Source: Syntrophorhabdales bacterium
Lineage (GTDB): Bacteria > Desulfobacterota > Syntrophorhabdia > Syntrophorhabdales > WCHB1-27
Direction: 5' to 3'
Assembly (NCBI GenBank): GCA_035541455.1
Contig: DATKNH010000046.1
Location: 8,290 to 72,289, forward strand
Length of the DNA: 64,000 bases
Each line of letters begins with the position of its first letter. Position 1 is the first letter of the stretch. The position numbers and the translations under genes were made by a program. Shown here piece by piece: positions 24,556 to 32,158 of the stretch. The notes under the pieces are model-generated. The model was given only the letters and a program-made list of their open reading frames with translations. It searched no databases and was not told the DNA's origin.

Positions 24556-24816
24556 ATGAGTGAAGAAACTATCCAGGTGCAGGTATGCCCTCACTGCAAG
24601 GGTCATCACAGATACAGGCTCCAGGTTGAAAGGGCCAAGACACTGATCACTGCCAGAAAAGGAAAAAAAGGCGAGCAGCCAAGTGTCATCAGGATCACCT
24701 CGCGTCTGATGTGCCCCTTGCATGAAAAAAACTATCAGGTCTCATTTGACCTTCAGGACACCTCGGCCGACAGGATCAGGGCTGTGAGCGTCCTTGGGCC
24801 GGCCAGAGAAGACTGA
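24556..24816 (+). CDS. Small hypothetical protein with a CPHCKGHH motif
   Basis: 86 aa ORF with no recognised family. A possible metal-binding set is CPHC...H/CPLH. Confidence 0.4.
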   Translation: MSEETIQVQVCPHCKGHHRYRLQVERAKTLITARKGKKGEQPSVIRITSRLMCPLHEKNYQVSFDLQDTSADRIRAVSVLGPARED

Positions 24817-24862
24817 TCAAAAAGCCTTGCAGCCTGCTGCCCGGCCGTGTTACCAATACTGA

Positions 24863-25864
24863 GTGGCGCATCGAAGGAACAGAGAAAAAATACTTGTCAC
24901 CGGCCGCATTCCGGATGATGTGCTGCGTTCATTAAGGCAGCGCTTCGACGTCGAGGCAAACACTCAGGACAGACCGATGGAGAGAGAGCGCGTTCTGCGC
25001 GCACTGGCGGACAAGGACGGTCTGATTTCACTCGTCGGAGATATCATCAACAGCGAACTGCTCGACCGCACACCGCGGCTCCGGATGATAGCGCAAATGG
25101 CGGTTGGCTACGACAACGTGGATTTGGGAGCCGCCACTGCCAGGGGAATCCCGGTTTCGAACACGCCGGATGTGCTCACCGACGCCACCGCCGATCTAAC
25201 CTTCGCCCTAGTCCTGGCACTGTCCCGGCGCATCGTGGAGCTCGATAAGCTGGTAAGGCGCGGTGAGTTCAAGTTCTGGGCACCCATGCTCTTTCTGGGG
25301 CGCGAGGTGAGTGGCAAAACTCTTGGCATAGTGGGCTTCGGCCGCATCGGGCAGGCCGTAGCAGAAAGGGCCAGAGGATTTCGCATGCGCATCCTTTATA
25401 ACGACCTGCAGAAGATCGCCGGAGAGCGAGAGCAGGAATTGAACGCAGAATACGCAAACCTTGAGCGCCTCTTGAAAGAGGCGGACTTTGTCAGCCTTCA
25501 CGTCTCCCTGAACGAGGAAACCCGCCATCTCATCAGCCAAAGCGAACTCGCCCTCATGAAGCCGACGGCCTGTCTGATTAATGCGGCACGGGGACCGGTT
25601 GTCGATGAGAAAGCGCTCGTAAAGGCTCTTCGGTCGAACATAATCGCAGGCGCCGGCCTCGACGTGTACGAAAACGAACCGGTACTCGAGAGCGGATTGA
25701 TGGAACTGGAGAATGTAATACTCCTGCCGCACGTGGGAAGCGCAACGCTGGAAACGCGAACCAGGATGGCGTCGCTCGCCGCGGAAAACCTCTCCGCCGG
25801 ACTGGAGGGCAAAGTCCCGCCCAATCTGCTCAACCCGGAAGTGCTCCAGCACCGCAGAACCTAG
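24863..25864 (+). CDS. D-isomer-specific 2-hydroxyacid dehydrogenase (glyoxylate/hydroxypyruvate reductase-like)
   Basis: Carries the NAD-binding GKTLGIVGFGRIGQAVAERARGF, then LINAARGPVVDE, then the catalytic region LLPHVGSAT. The start is GTG at 24863 and is uncertain. Confidence 0.85.
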   Translation: MAHRRNREKILVTGRIPDDVLRSLRQRFDVEANTQDRPMERERVLRALADKDGLISLVGDIINSELLDRTPRLRMIAQMAVGYDNVDLGAATARGIPVSNTPDVLTDATADLTFALVLALSRRIVELDKLVRRGEFKFWAPMLFLGREVSGKTLGIVGFGRIGQAVAERARGFRMRILYNDLQKIAGEREQELNAEYANLERLLKEADFVSLHVSLNEETRHLISQSELALMKPTACLINAARGPVVDEKALVKALRSNIIAGAGLDVYENEPVLESGLMELENVILLPHVGSATLETRTRMASLAAENLSAGLEGKVPPNLLNPEVLQHRRT

Positions 25865-25968
25865 AAATTGATTTTTCTTGACACGGGCTACACGCGGTGC
25901 TACCAAAAATAAGGTTAATTGCACCGTTGTTCGAAACCGGGGGCAATTCTGCCTCGCAGGAGGAATGC

Positions 25969-27273
25969 ATGGCGAACATGAAAGATCAGTATTATCTGCA
26001 GAGCGATAAGGAAAACAGGGTTATGTTCACGCTGCCCGACGAATGGGCCTGTGTTCATTTTGTGCGACCGAAAGAGAGGAGTAAGAACGCGCCTTCAGTA
26101 GAGCAGATGCTCAGGGAGGCGCTTGTCCGGATAGATGATGTGCCGCAGCTGAAAGAGTCGGCATCACCTTCCAAAAAAGTTGCCATCATCGTCGATGATC
26201 TTACTCGTCCGACGCCGGTTACCGAAATTCTGGGAATTCTCTTACCTTACCTTGACGAACGGGGCTATGCGCCGGCGAACGTGACCATAGTTGTCGCGCT
26301 CGGCACGCATCCTCGGCTGACTGAAGAACAGCTTGAAAAACGACTGAGCAAAGTGATACTTTCCTCGCGCCGGGTGGTTCAGCACAATGCCTGGCAGAGT
26401 GATCTTGTCCCTGTTCCCATTGCGGGCACCAACAGAGTGGTCAAGATCAATCCTGCCGTGGCTCAGGCTGATCTGAGAATCGGTATCAGTTCCATCCTGC
26501 CTCACCCGATGGCCGGTTTCGGAGGCGGTCCGAAAATAGTCTTTCCAGGAGTGTCCGATTTCGACTCCATCAAAGTGCACCATCCGAAGAATGTGCTCCA
26601 TCCCAGAGCGGCGGTAGGTGTGACCAAAGGTAACCCCTTCCATGAAGAAATCGCTGAAGTGGCCGTTGCGGCAGGACTGCATCTTTCTGTAAACTGCGTG
26701 TACGATGCCAGCGGCTCCATCACCAGCATAACAGCCGGCAATCCGGCCAACGCCTTTGCGAGGGCCGTAGAGATCTGTTTCGCCGAATTGGGACATACAT
26801 TCACCGATAAGGTGGATCTAACCATTGCATCGGTTTTTCCGCACATTCACGGCAACCAGCTCTTCAAGGGCCTTATGCCAGCCTCCATGGTCACCAGAGA
26901 GGGGGGTGGCGTACTACTCTTTGCGCCGCTCGCCGAGCCGATACCTCCGGAATTTCTCAACTCTCTCAATCGAATACGGGAGGCCTCCGGCAACAAACCT
27001 GCCGAGTACATTCGAACGTCGCTGGAAAAAGGAGAGGCTTTTCTTCCTGAAAAGCCCATGGACTACAACATGGCCATGACCAACGTGTTCATACGACCCG
27101 AAATGCGCGTAATACTTGTCTCGCAGGAAGTCTCCCAACAAGAGGCTACGGTGATGGGGATGGAGCACGCATCCTCTTTGGAAGAGGGGCTGGCCCGAAT
27201 GAAGGGCGCTTTTCCCCGTGCCCGCGTGGCCATTTTTCCTGCGGGAGGACTCATAGTTCCGATAATGGCCTGA
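25969..27273 (+). CDS. LarA-like (lactate racemase/DUF2088 family) nickel-pincer-dependent isomerase homolog
   Basis: The ATG at 25969 is preceded by aggagg. Carries VAIIVDDLTRPTP, VVALGTHP and ILPHPMAGFGGGPKIVFPG, which resembles the LarA His/Lys cofactor-binding region as I recall it. Confidence 0.7.
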   Translation: MANMKDQYYLQSDKENRVMFTLPDEWACVHFVRPKERSKNAPSVEQMLREALVRIDDVPQLKESASPSKKVAIIVDDLTRPTPVTEILGILLPYLDERGYAPANVTIVVALGTHPRLTEEQLEKRLSKVILSSRRVVQHNAWQSDLVPVPIAGTNRVVKINPAVAQADLRIGISSILPHPMAGFGGGPKIVFPGVSDFDSIKVHHPKNVLHPRAAVGVTKGNPFHEEIAEVAVAAGLHLSVNCVYDASGSITSITAGNPANAFARAVEICFAELGHTFTDKVDLTIASVFPHIHGNQLFKGLMPASMVTREGGGVLLFAPLAEPIPPEFLNSLNRIREASGNKPAEYIRTSLEKGEAFLPEKPMDYNMAMTNVFIRPEMRVILVSQEVSQQEATVMGMEHASSLEEGLARMKGAFPRARVAIFPAGGLIVPIMA

Positions 27274-27304
27274 GTGCCGTGGGCACCCGGTTTTTGGAGC
27301 GGCC

Positions 27305-27598
27305 TTGAAATGTAAAGCGATCATTATCAGCGAAAAAGACAACGTGGCTACGGCTCTCGAATCGATAGAGGCCGGCACCACTCTTTCGATCGAGCATCAG
27401 GCTCGAACCGAGCGGATTACTCTTCCCTCGACCGTTCCGGCAGGCCACAAATTCGCGCTATGCGAGATCGGCGCGGGAGAGTATGTGGTCAAGTATGGCG
27501 AGCCAATAGGTATAGCAGTCGTACGGATCCTGCCCGGTGAACACGCACATGTCCACAATATCAGAAGCCACGAAAAGAAAGCGGAAGAAGGGTTATGA
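27305..27598 (+). CDS. UxaA-family dehydratase, small SAF-domain subunit
   Basis: 97 aa. Carries DNVATAL..I..G...........ITL...VPAGHKFAL..I..GE.VVKYGEPIG.A...I..GEHAHVHN. The TTG start is uncertain. It overlaps the next ORF by 4 nt. Confidence 0.75.
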   Translation: MKCKAIIISEKDNVATALESIEAGTTLSIEHQARTERITLPSTVPAGHKFALCEIGAGEYVVKYGEPIGIAVVRILPGEHAHVHNIRSHEKKAEEGL

Positions 27599-28752
27599 CG
27601 TTCCAGGGATATCGCAGATCAGACGGAAAGGCCGGCACAAGAAACCATGTTCTTGTGATTCCCAGCGTGGGCTGCTCACAGCATGTTGCGGATGCGATCA
27701 CGCGCAACCTTAAGGGCGCGGCCTATCTGCCCAATATCCTCGGCTGCGGCCAGATAGGTGCTGACCGCGAGCAAACCAAGAGAGTTCTCGTTGGGTTTGG
27801 CACTAACCCTAACGTTTTCGCAGTGCTGGTGGTCGGGCTGGGCTGCGAGAGCGTGCCCGCACGAGAGGTTGCAGAGGCGATCTCCGAAAGCGGTAAGAGG
27901 GTTGAGTTCATAGAGATTCAGTCGAGTGGCGGGCCACGAAAGACAACCGCATCAGGAAGACGATTCGTCAGGGCAATGCTCGCGGAGGCGGCACGGGCTG
28001 CGCGCGAGCCGATACCGCTCAATGAGCTGATCCTTGGGACGGAGTGCGGGGGGTCCGATTACACGTCGGGGCTTGCCTCCAACCCGGCGCTCGGTGTGGC
28101 GAGCGATCTTCTTATCGCTGCGGGAGGCACCGTGATCCTTTCCGAGACCCCGGAACTGATCGGCGCAGAGCATATTATCGCCAGACGGGCCAGAACGCTG
28201 GATGTCGGCAGAAAGGTGATCGAAGCCACTGCATGGTGGGAGAAACAGGCGATCGATTCGGGGCAGAATATCAGGGAGGCTAACCCTTCCCCCGGCAATA
28301 TCGCAGGGGGCATCACAACCCTCGAAGAAAAGTCCCTCGGATGTATCTATAAGGCCGGCACAGCACCCCTGGAGGAAGCGATCCCCTATGCGTTCGCACC
28401 GACGAGGAAAGGGCTTGTTTTCATGGATACCCCTGCCCACGACATCGAGCAGCTCACGGGCATGGTGGCGGGCGGCGCGCAGATCGTTGTGTTCACCACG
28501 GGCCGCGGCACCCCCATAGGGTCTCCGATTGCGCCGGTGATCAAACTCACCGCGAACGGAGAATTATACCGGACTATGAGAGATGCGATTGATGTAGACG
28601 TAAGCCGCGTGCTCAAAGGCAGCGAGACACTTAAAGACGCAGGCCAGCGCATATTCGAACAGATCATCGCTGTCGCCTCAGGAAAGTCGACCAAAGCTGA
28701 ACGTCTGGGCCAGAGAGACTTCTGCATTTTCACCATCGGTACACACATCTAG
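27595..28752 (+). CDS. UxaA-family (altronate/galactarate-type) dehydratase, large subunit
   Basis: 385 aa. Carries FQGYRRSDGKAGTRNHVLVIPSVGCS, VVGLGCE, GTECGGSDYTSG, LSETPELIGAEH and VVFTTGRGTP. Confidence 0.8.
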   Translation: MTFQGYRRSDGKAGTRNHVLVIPSVGCSQHVADAITRNLKGAAYLPNILGCGQIGADREQTKRVLVGFGTNPNVFAVLVVGLGCESVPAREVAEAISESGKRVEFIEIQSSGGPRKTTASGRRFVRAMLAEAARAAREPIPLNELILGTECGGSDYTSGLASNPALGVASDLLIAAGGTVILSETPELIGAEHIIARRARTLDVGRKVIEATAWWEKQAIDSGQNIREANPSPGNIAGGITTLEEKSLGCIYKAGTAPLEEAIPYAFAPTRKGLVFMDTPAHDIEQLTGMVAGGAQIVVFTTGRGTPIGSPIAPVIKLTANGELYRTMRDAIDVDVSRVLKGSETLKDAGQRIFEQIIAVASGKSTKAERLGQRDFCIFTIGTHI

Positions 28753-28897
28753 CGACTGCCGCGACCGAATCAGCGAATTTTCCTATCCCTGTCCTCTCGT
28801 GGTATAGTGTCCGGTCATGCCTTTGCCCGAGGAGCGGGGGTAGCCGAAGCGTCTTCCCTGTGTTAGAATAAAGCAGAGAGGATCGAGGGAAGATCGT

Positions 28898-29611
28898 ATG
28901 GGCTTAGATTTCAACGAAAAAGGGTACGTTATCAGGGTCTCCGAAAGTGCGGCCATTCAGATGTGCCTTCACGGGCTGGAGGCCTATACCATTTACCGCA
29001 AGGCGGGCAGGCGGCACAAGGAGGCAATGACAGAGACCTTCGGTCTCGTGTGGGGCCACGAGGTTACACAGGCCGACGGGAGAACCCTCTATAGCGTGGA
29101 CCTGGTTTCAATGGACATATCGGCTGAGTTTGGCAAATCCTTCTGCCGCCCTTACCCTGAAGCCTTTACCCTGAAAAAGGATATAGTGACTTCCTTTTGG
29201 CCGCAGTATGAGTTCCTCGGTGATTTTCACACCCACCCTTTCAAGACCATCGAAGATGTCGTCGCCTCCAAAGGCTTCTCGCTGAGCAAAGAGGATAAGA
29301 CCTACGTTCAGGAGGCCTCCGACACGTGGGCAAGGCACAATTACCGGGCGTGCCTCGTCCTCACCATCTCCAGGCTGAAACGCCGCTCAGACTTTGTCTC
29401 CCTCAACGGGAACGTGTTGACCTTCACGATGGGTAATTACCGGCTCTGGCTCCACGCTCATGTTACGCAGAGGGAGAACGATTCGCTGATTTTTTCCGAT
29501 ACGGCAGACATTGAACTCTATTGCCCGTCTTTCAACGGCCCCGATGAATACACCAAGTTCGGCCGGCTGAAGAAGAAAACGCGGCTGCATTATGAACCCG
29601 GCGAGCACTAA
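28898..29611 (+). CDS. JAB/MPN (JAMM-like) metalloprotease-domain protein, orphan
   Basis: 237 aa. The upstream acidic/Gly motif is TETFGLVWG, followed by GDFHTHP (HxH) and SKED (SxxD) 16 residues after the second His. A roughly 90-aa C-terminal extension has no recognised family. Confidence 0.6.
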   Translation: MGLDFNEKGYVIRVSESAAIQMCLHGLEAYTIYRKAGRRHKEAMTETFGLVWGHEVTQADGRTLYSVDLVSMDISAEFGKSFCRPYPEAFTLKKDIVTSFWPQYEFLGDFHTHPFKTIEDVVASKGFSLSKEDKTYVQEASDTWARHNYRACLVLTISRLKRRSDFVSLNGNVLTFTMGNYRLWLHAHVTQRENDSLIFSDTADIELYCPSFNGPDEYTKFGRLKKKTRLHYEPGEH

Positions 29612-29768
29612 GCACGAAGACGCCCGGGGAGCCAGGTGCAATTACCAAATACAATTTTTTATTCAGCTATTTGAATCTGAAAATACTCAATTGTAATACG
29701 ATATTACTTTTTGGTTAATTATTAGGGGGCAGAGAGAATACTGCCCCACCCCCGTACACACTGCCTTA

Positions 29769-30104
29769 TCACCTGTGCCAGTAATAGCCTCGTCCGCCGT
29801 AGTAACCCCCTCGGTACCCGTAACCACCATAATAACGAGGTCCCCAGTAATAGCGCGGCCCGTAGTAGGGATACGCATACACAGGAGCCGGGTACGCATA
29901 AGCGGGTGCGGGCGCGGGATAGCCGTATGCAGGCGGCGGTGCCGGATACGGACGGGAGATAGCAGCGCCGAAGAGCATACCTCCGAGAAAAGCTCCGGGC
30001 ACATACCAGCCGTAGTACGACCCGCCGTGGGCGTAGCCAGATCCGGGGCAGGCCAACCATACTACCCCCGCGAAACACAGCGTAATCAAGACAACCTTTT
30101 TCAT
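29769..30104 (-). CDS. Secreted Gly/Tyr/Pro-rich low-complexity protein
   Basis: 111 aa with RBS gaggagg, a signal peptide (MKKVVLITLCFAGVVWLA), a glycine-zipper-like GAFLGGMLFGAAI, then PYPAPPPAYGYPAPAPAYAYP and GGYGYRGGYYGGRGYYWHR. The composition and layout resemble 4594-5424. Confidence 0.65.
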   Translation of the reverse strand: MKKVVLITLCFAGVVWLACPGSGYAHGGSYYGWYVPGAFLGGMLFGAAISRPYPAPPPAYGYPAPAPAYAYPAPVYAYPYYGPRYYWGPRYYGGYGYRGGYYGGRGYYWHR

Positions 30105-30276
30105 ATCATCCTCCTCACTGATACACTATATCGCACACTGAGCAATAATCGTACCGAATTCCTCTAGCACAAGTTATTGTAATTATTTGACTCTATTCCA
30201 GGCTCCTTGGCATGACCGACAAATATGTCGAGACATGGCGGCGCCACTCGACAATTAAGACCCACAACCCCGGTGA

Positions 30277-31074
30277 CTAGAATAGTACGCGTTGACCGCA
30301 CGTTACAGATAACGTTTGCCCCGTAATGCCGCTCGCCTTGTCGGATGCGAGGAAGACGGCTGCGGCAGCTACTTCTTCTTCCTCGGCTGCCCTCCTCAAG
30401 GAAAAGGGTTCAACCAGCTTATTCCAAAGCTCATCGACGTTCTCGCCGGTCACGTTCGATTTAGCCTTCAGCACGTTGATGATGCGCTCGCCCTTGACAG
30501 GGCCGGGCGTTACGCAATTCACGCGGATATTATACCTGCCAACTTCCACCGAAAGAGACTCTGTCAGCGCGATCATGCCTGCTTTGGAGCAGGAGTAAGG
30601 CGTCCTCATGGGAGAGCCTGATTTTCCGTCCCCGGTCCTGCCGCGTTCTGATCCGATATTGACGATGGCTCCCGCATTTCTGGGTATCATGTGCCGGAGC
30701 ACGTGCTTACATGCGAGCAAGCTTCCTGTTAAGTTAATTGCCAAAGTCTCGTTCCAGTCTGCGAGCTCCATATCGACCACGTTGGCCGTGGGACCCATTA
30801 TACCGGCATTATTGACCAGTATATCAATCCTCCCGAACGTGCTCAGGGTCTGGGCAACCATCCGCTCCACCTGCTGCTCGTCGCTCACGTCAGTCTCTAT
30901 CGTGTGAGCCTGCCCACCCTTCTCCCTGATCATCCGCGCCACGTCCTCAAGAACAGACGGGGTACGCCCCGAAACTACCACCGCTGCCCCCTCTTCTGCA
31001 AAGCCGAGCGCGATAGCCCTGCCGATACCCTTCCCGCCGCCGGTAATGATCGCCACTTTATCCTTCAACACCAT
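30277..31074 (-). CDS. SDR family oxidoreductase (FabG-like)
   Basis: Carries TGGGKGIGRAIA, NNAG and YSCSKAGMIALT (YxxxK). Confidence 0.85.
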   Translation of the reverse strand: MVLKDKVAIITGGGKGIGRAIALGFAEEGAAVVVSGRTPSVLEDVARMIREKGGQAHTIETDVSDEQQVERMVAQTLSTFGRIDILVNNAGIMGPTANVVDMELADWNETLAINLTGSLLACKHVLRHMIPRNAGAIVNIGSERGRTGDGKSGSPMRTPYSCSKAGMIALTESLSVEVGRYNIRVNCVTPGPVKGERIINVLKAKSNVTGENVDELWNKLVEPFSLRRAAEEEEVAAAAVFLASDKASGITGQTLSVTCGQRVLF

Positions 31075-31237
31075 GCCATCCCTCCTCTGCAGTTGTCACT
31101 TCGAGACACGCTATCATACCCGGTTCGATCTGTAAACAGATAAGGTCATCCGGACCGGAAAGAGGTGTGCACTTCGCGCGAAATCTCTCTCCTTCAGTGG
31201 CAGAAGAACGCAGGAATGTGTATAATGAAAAACCTCG

Positions 31238-32155
31238 ATGAGCACAAGTCCAGAATTCCCGGAATTCAAACCGGTCGAGCTCGGCGATCGTGACCTGATT
31301 CACGACAGGCTGTGGAACTATCAGCCAACAAATTCAGAGCTGACCTTCACCAACCTCTTCATATGGAGAAATCATTACAATTTTCTCTGGTCCTTGTACG
31401 AGGACTGGCTCATTGTTCTCGGGTCCGATCCCAATGGAGAGCCCTACGTGCTTACGCCTATAGGACCGCCGAACCGGCATGCCGTTGTGGTCAAGCTCCT
31501 GAACTGGCTTCACGAGGCCAGGGGCGTCCACAGAGCTGCCATTGAGAGGGCCGATCAACGGCTCGTCGCAGAGCTGCAGGGAAATCCCGACTTTGTCATT
31601 GAGCCCCTACGCGATCATTTTGACTATGTGTACCGGACCGAAGACCTGATCCAGTTGCAGGGAGGTAACTACAGGGCCAAGAGAAACCATATCAATTATT
31701 TTCTCCGCTCCTACGGTTTTACTTACGAGGCCCTCAACGGCGTCCACAAGAACGCATGCCTGGACCTGATGGATGTCTGGTGCGACGTGCGCCGCTGCGA
31801 GGACGACCTGAGCCTGTCAAGCGAGTGGGAGGCCATCAGGGAAGCCTTAGCCAATTTTGAGGGACTGAATGTGGCAGGCGCGGTCATTCTCATACATGGC
31901 AAGGTCGAGGCTTTCACGATCGGCGAGCTTCTTAACAAGGAGAGCGTGGTGGTTCATATCGAAAAGGCTAACATGGATATTCGCGGTCTGTATGCGATGA
32001 TTAACCAGCAGTTCTGCGAAAAGCAATGGCAGAACGTACCCTGGGTGAACAGGGAGCAGGATCTGGGAGAGCCCGGCCTGAGAGAGGCCAAGTTGTCATA
32101 CAACCCGGATCATTTCGTGGAAAAATTCCGTATCCGCCTTTCTCGATCGTCCTGA
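31238..32155 (+). CDS. DUF2156 domain protein (MprF C-terminal-like aminoacyl-lipid synthase fold)
   Basis: 305 aa. SELTFTNLFIWRNHYNF...RAKRNHINYF...INQQF matches my recollection of the DUF2156 pattern. Confidence 0.6.
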   Translation: MSTSPEFPEFKPVELGDRDLIHDRLWNYQPTNSELTFTNLFIWRNHYNFLWSLYEDWLIVLGSDPNGEPYVLTPIGPPNRHAVVVKLLNWLHEARGVHRAAIERADQRLVAELQGNPDFVIEPLRDHFDYVYRTEDLIQLQGGNYRAKRNHINYFLRSYGFTYEALNGVHKNACLDLMDVWCDVRRCEDDLSLSSEWEAIREALANFEGLNVAGAVILIHGKVEAFTIGELLNKESVVVHIEKANMDIRGLYAMINQQFCEKQWQNVPWVNREQDLGEPGLREAKLSYNPDHFVEKFRIRLSRSS

Positions 32156-32158
32156 ACC

